Assembly: GCA_051294375.1 (NCBI GenBank)
Contig: JBJCIZ010000192.1
Location: 1 to 16,305, forward strand
Length of the DNA stretch: 16,305 nucleotides
Reading direction: 5' to 3'
Source: Paraspadella gotoi
Taxonomy: Eukaryota; Animalia; Chaetognatha
The position numbers were made by a program, and so were the translations under genes. The notes below the pieces were generated by a model that was not told the DNA's origin, searched no databases, and saw only the letters and a program-made list of their open reading frames with translations. Shown piece after piece: positions 1 through 7,965 of the stretch (its first letter is position 1; the number at the start of each line of letters is the position of its first letter).

Positions 1-96
1 TATGGGGAATGGTGCAAGGGGAAAACTTTTTTGCTGTGGCGTGATTTTATTTATCTCTTTCATGTCTTTTACTCTTACTTCTAGGAGTCAAAGAGA

Positions 97-864
97 ATGT
101 TGCAAGAGTTGCCATTGGAACTCTTACAAAAGATAGTGGGCTATCTGCCCATTAAAGAGAAACTACTACTGCTAGAGACGTCGGCTCTCTTCGACAAAGC
201 TGTCGATGTACAAATGGAAACGAAATCAACCTTTGAAATACGGCCCCGGAGACGATTAATCTTATGCTTGAACAGCGTCGACACTGACGGAAACATCGAG
301 CAAGCCCTTCAAACCTATAAAGAAGTTCATCTAATCATCGGCGCCGAAGTAACGGGAATTCCTGACCGCAAGCTAGCCAAAAGAGTGGTCAAGTTCATCA
401 AAAGGGTCACACACAAGGGGAGACATCGGTTCAAGATGGTGGAGTTGATGGGACGGCTGGGGAGTTGCCCATGCACATGGGGAGAGATCTTCAAGGGGAC
501 AGAGTCAGTTGTTCTTACCGACGATCAAGAGCCAGTAACCTTATGCCAAATGGGACAGGAAAGTGAAAGAGAAGCCTGTTTAATCTACAATGGACGGGGA
601 TTTTTGTCAGCAATGCAAGAAGTCCAAGATTCCATGGGGCCAGAAGTTCGGTTTCTTCTACGCGGAGATTTGATCAAATGTGATTTAATTCTCCCAATAG
701 CGGATGCCATCAAGGCCTTCGACGCCATCCACTGGTTTGACGAGGATATGGTCCCGCGAGTGGTCCCGAGTTTCAAGTTTGGCATCCCAAGGGAAATGTG
801 CTGTAATTATTGTGAAGAAAGGAGGCCCAAGGCCCATAAGGAAGCTCGTGATCTACTCTTTTGA
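97..864 (+). CDS. F-box protein (N-terminal F-box, unrecognised C-terminal domain), 255 aa
   Basis: N-terminus LQELPLELLQKIVGYLPIKEKLLLLETSALFDKAV fits the F-box pattern LPxExLxxIxxYLxxxxxxxLxxxSxxF; intact ORF preceded by acceptor-like TCTTTTACTCTTACTTCTAG (AG 83-84). Confidence 0.8.
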   Translation: MLQELPLELLQKIVGYLPIKEKLLLLETSALFDKAVDVQMETKSTFEIRPRRRLILCLNSVDTDGNIEQALQTYKEVHLIIGAEVTGIPDRKLAKRVVKFIKRVTHKGRHRFKMVELMGRLGSCPCTWGEIFKGTESVVLTDDQEPVTLCQMGQESEREACLIYNGRGFLSAMQEVQDSMGPEVRFLLRGDLIKCDLILPIADAIKAFDAIHWFDEDMVPRVVPSFKFGIPREMCCNYCEERRPKAHKEARDLLF

Positions 865-1004
865 TGGGGCAACAAATACTCAACTTCTTATGTTTTAGTT
901 ATCCATTTTTTTTATTTTTGTTTGTTGGTTTGTTCGAGTTCCCTTATGACTTTATTTTTCGTACTTACTCTTATAAGTTAATAGTAAATAGAACCAAGGG
1001 TAAC

Positions 1005-1511
1005 ATGGCCATTTCATGGGACGCCTTATGGGGATTGGAGGTCGACAAGGGGGAGGAAGATTTTCTAGCGGATTTAATTAATCAACAACCTCAACCCACG
1101 GGGGAATGGACAAATATGGAGCAACCAAATGTGTCAAACCTGGTCACCATGACAAGCAGTACTCAAGTTACCACCGTAGCCTCCCCTGAGGAGTCAAATC
1201 AAGGAATCACCGAGACAGACAATCCTGATTCTCAACTTTTCAGATGCGGGATTTGTGATGAAGCATTTCCCAATATCCATGCTCGAAGCTCTCACACTAG
1301 GGTTCACAAGCCCAAGTGCTATGAGTGTGGACTGAAGAGTTCATCAAGACACGCTCATCTCATTCATCAGTGGAATGAACATCCAAAGAAATACGGCTGC
1401 AAGTTTTGTGGTTATAAAACAAATTCCTTAACCGAAATGCCTTTCCACATTCTCAATCATGCAGAAATGCAGCCCGTGGCTGAAATGGTTTACGTTCATA
1501 TGGAGGGATAG
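1005..1511 (+). CDS. C2H2 zinc-finger protein (3 fingers) with acidic N-terminus, 168 aa
   Basis: FRCGICDEAFPNIHARSSHTRVH, KCYECGLKSSSRHAHLIHQWNEH and YGCKFCGYKTNSLTEMPFHILNH (nt ~1239-1460). Start placed at ATG 1005 (MAISW) because the upstream in-frame stretch is a T-rich spacer. Confidence 0.85.
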   Translation: MAISWDALWGLEVDKGEEDFLADLINQQPQPTGEWTNMEQPNVSNLVTMTSSTQVTTVASPEESNQGITETDNPDSQLFRCGICDEAFPNIHARSSHTRVHKPKCYECGLKSSSRHAHLIHQWNEHPKKYGCKFCGYKTNSLTEMPFHILNHAEMQPVAEMVYVHMEG

Positions 1512-1683
1512 GAATGGGGAACTTGATTCTAGAGAGGAATAGAAAAACGGGGTGAAGCCAAGGGGACGTGTTAAGAATTTTGTTTCACTGTTAATGATTT
1601 TTATTCTTTCATTGTATTGTTAAATATTTAGGTAAAAACAAAATTGAGTTAATGTTTTGTTTCTGTTGATTGTTTTAGCTAAG

Positions 1684-2229
1684 ATGTCGAGAAAAGTTAT
1701 GTGGGGAGAGGGCTTCTTGGACAACCGATGTGGCAACGTCATCGTCCGCAACCTCCGTGTTCAAGCAACCAATGAAGGGGAGAAAGACCCAGGGGAACGG
1801 GTTAACCAGATCCTGCAAGCCATGCAGACAATGATTTACCTGAAGGAATGGGAGGAAGAGACCGACATATTGCTCAAGTTGTGGAACCAGAAAGGGGGAG
1901 AAAAACTGGATGACTTGTCCAAGCTTCCAAGAAAAAAGAACCAACAGATCAAAAGAACATCTGCAGCCTTCAATGAGGCTCGTCAAGCATGCACTACCAA
2001 AGACTTAGGCACACTTGTCAAACATGCCGTTGCCCTCACAGGACATATTGTGGAACTCAAATACAAAAGAAAAGCAAAGTTCACAGACGAGATTGGACTG
2101 TTCATCCAACATATTTTGTCTATCATGAGGAAACCAATGGGGGATAATAAGGGGGATACTGATGGTCCAGAGAGTAGTGAGGAGGATTCCATGGGGGGTG
2201 AGTCATCCGACTCAGTGACTGTTGAATAA
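1684..2229 (+). CDS. Hypothetical helical protein with acidic/Ser-rich tail, 181 aa
   Basis: Intact ORF with GC/purine content like its neighbours, between AT-rich spacers; ATG 1684 is 5 nt after TTTTGTTTCTGTTGATTGTTTTAG (AG 1677-1678). No family recognised. Confidence 0.65.
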   Translation: MSRKVMWGEGFLDNRCGNVIVRNLRVQATNEGEKDPGERVNQILQAMQTMIYLKEWEEETDILLKLWNQKGGEKLDDLSKLPRKKNQQIKRTSAAFNEARQACTTKDLGTLVKHAVALTGHIVELKYKRKAKFTDEIGLFIQHILSIMRKPMGDNKGDTDGPESSEEDSMGGESSDSVTVE

Positions 2230-2410
2230 GTCAGAGGGTTAACCCAACAACGTGTTAGTTTGAATTCTATTGTTAAATTAAAATTTTTATTGTTAAATAT
2301 TGTTAAAATTTTAAAATTTATAAGATTTAGTCTTGCTGTCACTAGAATTTTTTTCATAATTCTTGAAATTTAATTGTTGCATAGTTAACTTTAGTTACAG
2401 GTCATGCACA

Positions 2411-3682
2411 ATGAATTTTAATTGGGAAAACCTGGAAGAGGTTAATGAACTGAGGAAGAGAATACGTTCAATGGAAGCTGAACAATCGGGACTGAAAAGC
2501 TGGTTGAACAAAGAAGTGGAAGAAAAGACTCGGCTTAAGATCATCCTGGACAATGAAGAAAGAGAAAGTAAAAGACTTCGCCGAGAATTGGAAAAAGAAA
2601 GGCAAGATGCTCACCGCATGAGACAAGTGGTTGTGGAATCAACTGGGGGCATAGAATTCCAAGCGGTCAAAGAAGATGGGTTTGCAATCGTTCCAATAAG
2701 AGAAATTACGGAGGAGTTACGAAGGGGAATAGAAGCGGATATTCTTGTTGGAATTTTAAAAAATAAGGGAGTGTACGAAGATGTGGTGATGGAATTAAGG
2801 GATTTTCAGGATATCCCAGCAAATGCTTTTGAAAATCCAGGATTTACCCGTGGAATCCCGTTTACCATAGAGGATAAGGAAATGGAGCCTTTATTAAAAT
2901 CACTCCAGAAGGACTTTGATATTACTAAATATCACAATCAGAATGAGGCGCTGAATCTGAAGACAAACCAACTACAGCTGAGGGAGCACCAGCTAAACCT
3001 CCGGGAGGAGGATCTTAAGAAAAAATCCCAGGTTATCCTTAGTTATATGAAGGACGAGCAAATGACTTTCCTAAACCAACAGAGGGATAGATTCAAGGAG
3101 ATGTGGAATGCGACTTGGACGTATAATGTGGTTGCAAAAAACCCGGTGGTTCCCTTTGAAAGAAAGAATAGTATTTCTCCAATTAGGTACGAAGTGGACG
3201 ATTATGGAAATGGGGCTAAAAAGGGGGATAGCAGTGAAGGGGTAAGAGTTAATGAAGAAAAAGATGGACCTGAGCTACAACTGGCGGTGAATGAAGAAGA
3301 GAGAGAGGAGTTTGAGACGAGCATGGGGATGTTAATGGAGGCAACTGAAGAAAGCCTCTTGAGCACTTTAAAGATCTACCAAGAAGCGGCAGATTGTCAT
3401 ATAGATGTCAGCAACCAGCTAAGTTCTTTCTTAAAGTATTGTGTCAAAAAGAAAAGAACTGGAGAAGAAATATTGCCATTCAAAACTTATATGCGGAAAC
3501 AACTCATTTGCCGAAAGTGTTATTGTACTCATGTCCGCCACTTGGATCCCATGTGCAGCAAAATGTGTTGTAATACTGTCCGCTGTCGCTATTGCTTGCA
3601 CCCCTACGACGGTCCCAAGAAATGTCAATGCAAATGTAAACATGCCCAGTCCTTCTTAACACACGTGATGGCAAACTTTTAG
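2411..3682 (+). CDS. Coiled-coil protein with C-terminal Cys/His-rich putative zinc-binding domain, 423 aa
   Basis: E/K/R/L-rich heptad-like segments (LEEVNELRKRIRSMEAEQ..., LNLKTNQLQLREHQLNLREEDL); C-terminal CRKCYCTH...CSKMCC...CRYCLH...CQCKCKH; ATG 10 nt after TTACAG (AG 2399-2400). Confidence 0.75.
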   Translation: MNFNWENLEEVNELRKRIRSMEAEQSGLKSWLNKEVEEKTRLKIILDNEERESKRLRRELEKERQDAHRMRQVVVESTGGIEFQAVKEDGFAIVPIREITEELRRGIEADILVGILKNKGVYEDVVMELRDFQDIPANAFENPGFTRGIPFTIEDKEMEPLLKSLQKDFDITKYHNQNEALNLKTNQLQLREHQLNLREEDLKKKSQVILSYMKDEQMTFLNQQRDRFKEMWNATWTYNVVAKNPVVPFERKNSISPIRYEVDDYGNGAKKGDSSEGVRVNEEKDGPELQLAVNEEEREEFETSMGMLMEATEESLLSTLKIYQEAADCHIDVSNQLSSFLKYCVKKKRTGEEILPFKTYMRKQLICRKCYCTHVRHLDPMCSKMCCNTVRCRYCLHPYDGPKKCQCKCKHAQSFLTHVMANF

Positions 3683-3894
3683 AGTAACTCATGGGGATTT
3701 TCTAAGGGGTTTTGCCAAATTGGGACACTGCAGGGCGTAGAACTACTCTACGCGGATATTCTATTATTATTGCTATTCGTATCAATACACTGATTGTGAT
3801 CAATTACATTGTCTAATTTCGATATTACCAGTAGTAAAAATCCTTAGTTCCTTTGTTTCATGTATTTTTGTTATTTAAATTCCAGTTTTACCCA

Positions 3895-5586
3895 ATGGAA
3901 ATTTTCCCGAATATTGATATTTTAAACTGTTTTGAGGCAAGGAGCCTTGATGAAAACTCAATAAAAACTCTCCAACAAGAGGACCCGAATATAGCCTTAC
4001 TAAGAAAACACGTGGAGGAGCAAACGGCTCCAAATTGGACTCTCAGTGGGCTGAACGAGTACAGAACGGTTTTTAAGAAACTACAAATCAACGACGAGAT
4101 AGTATTAAAAAGAAATCCTAACGGTGAAGAGGTTCCGCTCGTCCCTGAGAAGATAATCCAACAGGTACTTTATTCGGTTCATGGTGGGGCATTTTCTAAT
4201 CATTATGGGTTAACTAAAACATATTTAAAGCTACAGAGCAAATGCTATTTCCCGAGGATGATGTATAGAGTCGCAGAGTTTGTTAACTCTTGTCGTAAGT
4301 GTATAGAAAGAAAAATACCAGCTCGTGAAACTAAGGTAGAAACACAACCTATTCCATTTGAGGTTTTAGAAATAGGGGGCGTGATTTCTTATGACTTTAA
4401 GGGACCCTTGCCGCCGAGTGAAAAGAGTTCCTTATATCAAAGTAAAAATAGGTTTGTCTTAAGTATAATTGATTTTGCCTCTCGTTATGTCATAGGAACC
4501 CCTACTCCTACAATGGAGGCGGAAGTTGTTGCAGAAGTATTATTAAACGTATGGATACCACGATTCGGGGTTCCTCGCAAGGTAATTTCTGATCGTGCTC
4601 GGAGTTTTACGGGGAAGGTTATGAGGGTAGTTTATGATACTTTAAAAGTAGAAGTCGCGTTTACGGCGTCTTATAATCCTCAATGTAATGGCTTAATTGA
4701 ACAAACCAACCGTCATTTATCTAGTTTGCTAGCAGTGGTATTAGAAAATCATATTTATAGTTGGCCTCGTTACATTAATACTATTTTTAGTGCATATAAT
4801 GCAACGCCGCAATGTACAACTAAACTTTCGCCAAATTATATAGTTTATGGTCGAGAATTAGTAGAACCAATTGATTTTATTTTGGGTAGGTTCCGTGAAG
4901 GCGGGCGAAAGGAGAAAACGATTTACGACGAGCTGGAGGACCGAATAAAACTGCGCACTAAGGCCCTACACCTCCTGGAACTAAGGTACGCCGAGGCAAG
5001 CGAACGGGAGATTTCGAAATCTAAAGAAAAAGCTAATTCGTCTGTATTTCTAGTTGGAGATATGGTAGCCTTTAGGCCACCAGTAAAGCCAGGAAAGCTT
5101 GAGAGAAAAATGGAGTTATGTCACCAAGTAATTAAAATATTGTCTCCGTCGACATATGTAATCAAAAATTTAAATACAGGATTTGAAAGAATAGTAAACA
5201 GTAGAAGATTAAGGGGTTTAGGGCCACATAACGGTATTATTGATGAGCACTTAAACATCTCAGGGAGAGAAGACATGGGGGAGCGACCGACCACGGAGGC
5301 CACGCCCTTGCAGCAAGTTTCGTACGACGATACCGCTGATGAAGACTCGGAGGAAAGTAACGGGGAAGCCGGAAGAGACGAAGAAACGATCCCACTTAAA
5401 CAGGTGCAATGTAGAACTGAGGAGGGAAAAGCAATAAGACAGTCAGATGTCGAAATAAGCAAAATTATTATAGTAGATAAAAGCCTAAATGTTAATAAGG
5501 AGGCTGCTGCAACAGGGAGAACGGATGGTGGGGCTGGACAATATAATTTAAGGAGACGAGTGAAAAAAATTAATTATAAACTATAA
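3895..5586 (+). CDS. Ty3/Gypsy/Ginger-type DDE integrase, stand-alone ORF, 563 aa
   Basis: HHCC zinc domain (H-GGAFSN-H...CRKC); rve core SYDFKGPLP, IIDFASRY, ISDRARSF, YNPQCNGLIE with exactly 35 residues between the second D and the E; YNATP..TTKLSP motif; degenerate GPY/F-SH3-like region (FLVGDMV...KL...STYVI); basic C-terminal tail. Confidence 0.95.
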   Translation: MEIFPNIDILNCFEARSLDENSIKTLQQEDPNIALLRKHVEEQTAPNWTLSGLNEYRTVFKKLQINDEIVLKRNPNGEEVPLVPEKIIQQVLYSVHGGAFSNHYGLTKTYLKLQSKCYFPRMMYRVAEFVNSCRKCIERKIPARETKVETQPIPFEVLEIGGVISYDFKGPLPPSEKSSLYQSKNRFVLSIIDFASRYVIGTPTPTMEAEVVAEVLLNVWIPRFGVPRKVISDRARSFTGKVMRVVYDTLKVEVAFTASYNPQCNGLIEQTNRHLSSLLAVVLENHIYSWPRYINTIFSAYNATPQCTTKLSPNYIVYGRELVEPIDFILGRFREGGRKEKTIYDELEDRIKLRTKALHLLELRYAEASEREISKSKEKANSSVFLVGDMVAFRPPVKPGKLERKMELCHQVIKILSPSTYVIKNLNTGFERIVNSRRLRGLGPHNGIIDEHLNISGREDMGERPTTEATPLQQVSYDDTADEDSEESNGEAGRDEETIPLKQVQCRTEEGKAIRQSDVEISKIIIVDKSLNVNKEAAATGRTDGGAGQYNLRRRVKKINYKL

Positions 5587-5673
5587 TGGAGAATATAAAA
5601 CAGTTATGTTCAATTTAATTCATAGCAGTGAGTTAGCTTAGTAACTTAAGTCGTTGTAACCTTACCCTACCAG

Positions 5674-5893
5674 CTCTCTAAAAGAAAAGGAGGTAATCAT
5701 TCTTCACTCACGATCGGGGGATAAGAAAAGGAAGAAAATCCGCGCTACCGCCGCAGCGACTGTAGCAGCAGCAGCATCAGTAATAAACTTTTCTCGAAAC
5801 TGAAGGACACGGAATAGAAACGGAGATAAACGCGGCGGCGACTCACCCTTCGGCAAGAACAGGTGCCGATGCTTGGAAAAAAAAAAAAATTGA
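5674..5893 (+). pseudogene. Possible small basic exon interrupted by one TGA
   Basis: Acceptor-like CCTTACCCTACCAG (AG 5672-5673), then a GC-rich frame SLKEKEVIILHSRSGDKKRKKIRATAAATVAAAASVINFSRN*RTRNRNGDKRGGDSPFGKNRCRCLEKKKN*; no ATG. Confidence 0.25.
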
Positions 5894-6079
5894 TTAATTA
5901 ATCTATAAATAAATGATTAATTAAAAAATGGATAAATGATTAATTAAGCAATGAAAAAATGATTGGGAGAAATTCGACTACTAATCTAAAGTAAAATGTA
6001 ATGAAATATAATTAAGTATATTTCTGGTAGAGAATATCCTTTTTAATTTAATGTACTTTTAATTTCAAAGTTAATTTTA

Positions 6080-6122
6080 ACGCTGATAAAGACTCGAATA
6101 TGAAGAGTCGAAACATGTCCGT
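6080..6122 (+). ncRNA. Minimal type I hammerhead ribozyme-like motif (Penelope-like), core variant G8>A
   Basis: ACG-CTGATAA-A-GACTC-gaatatgaa-GAGTC-GAAA-CATGTC-CGT: stem I ACG/CGT, perfect 5-bp stem II, palindromic ACATGT helix III, GUC cleavage triplet; AATAAA follows. Confidence 0.5.
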
Positions 6123-6283
6123 ACATAAATAAAATCATTGATGAAACTATTTTCAAACTTTGTTAAATTTAATTTTAAATTGTGTTCTTTTTAATTAGGA
6201 AAGAAAAATAATAAAGGGATAAAGAAAGTTAAAACTTTTGATGAAAGACTATTAATTCTTTCTTTTTTTGTTTAAAATTATCA

Positions 6284-7465
6284 ATGATGGCGGAATATAT
6301 TACAGCAGAAAATAAAAATATAGTAAATCGATTTGTCTGCCTAATAAAGCAGGAAAAAATTAATGAAGCCTTCGAAATGGCGTTTGAGGAAGGGCCAACT
6401 CTAAAGGCTGTGCATATTGCTATAGAATGTAACTGTGAATCATTACTTCAGAAACTAATAGGAGGGGGATGGGATCTAAATGAGGCACGGGAGTTTGATC
6501 GTAACCGCCCTATACACGAAGCCATTAACTATAAGAGAGTTTCTATGTTTAAGCTGCTTTTGGGAAGTGGAGCTTCTTTTAGGAAGGGGGATGGATCGGG
6601 GAATACAGCTTTAATGAAACTATTTCAAATGCCCTGGGACGAGAGAAGTGAGAAAATGTATGAGATTCTAGAACCGTTACTACGTAAGGATGATTATGGT
6701 AGATATAATTATCACGGCGACTCAATTTTACATATTTTAGTATCAAACAATTCTATTCAATCTCCAGCCACCGTTCTGTCTATGATTGATAAGGGCGCCG
6801 ATATAAGAAGGAGAGACGCTTATTTGCAAGATAATTTTTTGATAAAATGCTTAATAAAGAGAGACGAAACCTTCATGATTACTATATTAGATGGGTTGGA
6901 AGAGAGAGGGCTAAAGATTAATATCCGTGGCTCAGCGGGAAACCCAGTTCTCCATCGGGCTATTATTGAGGAAAAGAATGCAGTTATAAATAGGATTTTA
7001 GAGTCAGCACAAACCAAAGTAAATACTGAAAATAGTAGGGGACAAACGGCGTTATGGCTGGCAGCCAAAATGGGTAACACTCAATTAGTACAAGACCTAT
7101 ATGAGAAAGGGGGAAGCCTGAATGATAAGGCCTTGATTGACTGTGGTTCCACCTCAAGAACCCCGGTACATGCAGTCGCCGCTAAATTTAACCATCTTTT
7201 ATTGAGTATCATTATTAAAGAATGGGAAACTGAAAGGGGGCTTGGTAACGCGGTGAACTGTGACCCAGGCCGAATAGTTAAGGATCTTAGAAATTTATGT
7301 AAAATTAAAATTAGAACAAGCTTATTACGAGCAAATCAAGGTCGAATGCTCTTTTCTAAACATTACGATGGGCTCCCTCTTCCAGAGAGGCTTAAGAAAT
7401 ATATCAGGATGCCTGGTAGAATGGGCTTAGTAAATTGTAATACGTTAAGAGTAAAAGGTGTTTAG
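6284..7465 (+). CDS. Ankyrin-repeat and SOCS-box protein (ASB-like Cul5 substrate receptor), 393 aa
   Basis: Multiple ankyrin repeats (RPIHEAI, GNTALMKL, GDSILHIL, GNPVLHRAI, GQTALWLAAKMGN, RTPVHAVA); C-terminal BC box KDLRNLCKIKIR plus Cul5 box LPLPERLKKYI (nt 7277-7405). Confidence 0.9.
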   Translation: MMAEYITAENKNIVNRFVCLIKQEKINEAFEMAFEEGPTLKAVHIAIECNCESLLQKLIGGGWDLNEAREFDRNRPIHEAINYKRVSMFKLLLGSGASFRKGDGSGNTALMKLFQMPWDERSEKMYEILEPLLRKDDYGRYNYHGDSILHILVSNNSIQSPATVLSMIDKGADIRRRDAYLQDNFLIKCLIKRDETFMITILDGLEERGLKINIRGSAGNPVLHRAIIEEKNAVINRILESAQTKVNTENSRGQTALWLAAKMGNTQLVQDLYEKGGSLNDKALIDCGSTSRTPVHAVAAKFNHLLLSIIIKEWETERGLGNAVNCDPGRIVKDLRNLCKIKIRTSLLRANQGRMLFSKHYDGLPLPERLKKYIRMPGRMGLVNCNTLRVKGV

Positions 7466-7753
7466 TAAAATTCTTATTGTTATTATTACAATTTATTCCC
7501 CGTCATGATCAGATAATAATTTTTAAAATAAACATATTTTAACTACCGTCAAAGTATAATTCATCCATTCACGTAAGAATAATATTTGGATATAGTTTAA
7601 TTAGTTTATGGTTCAAACAATAGCATAGCAAACTCTTGTTAGACATTTTACCGCTTGGTTTAAATAAAAATTGGGTTGTCTCTATTAATCTGTTTGTTAG
7701 AACAGTAAAAAGATTACTACTTAGTTACGGAAATGCTAACTTAAACCTTTCAG

Positions 7754-7965
7754 ACATTCAACGGAACCACGCATGGATAAAGGCGTTGATCATCAAGGGG
7801 AACATGAACAAGAGGATTGAAAGCATTTTGGCGCCGAACACTGCACTCACGGTGCAACGACTAAGAGGGAGATGACGTGAGTCACGGCGAACACAGCGGC
7901 GGACAAACGCGGAATATTTAATTGAAACTGAGCTGCGACGAATAACTGGCGAAAAAAGAAGATAG
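7754..7965 (+). pseudogene. Small Arg-rich exon with one internal TGA
   Basis: Branch-like GCTAAC plus TTAAACCTTTCAG acceptor (AG 7752-7753); frame IQRNHAWIKALIIKGNMNKRIESILAPNTALTVQRLRGR*RESRRTQRRTNAEYLIETELRRITGEKRR* covers the GC-rich island. Confidence 0.35.

Noticed and set aside
861-3894. N-terminal extensions in the ORF track (starts 861, 1657, 2363, 3853) that look like hydrophobic signal peptides
   Set aside because: They are TTG starts translating T-rich acceptor tracts; the downstream ATGs are the plausible eukaryotic starts.
3895-5586. Polinton/Maverick or simple Ginger DNA transposon interpretation
   Set aside because: No pPolB, ATPase, capsid or protease genes and no TIRs seen around the integrase, while a co-oriented PPT-LTR is present. 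Disfavoured, not formally excluded.
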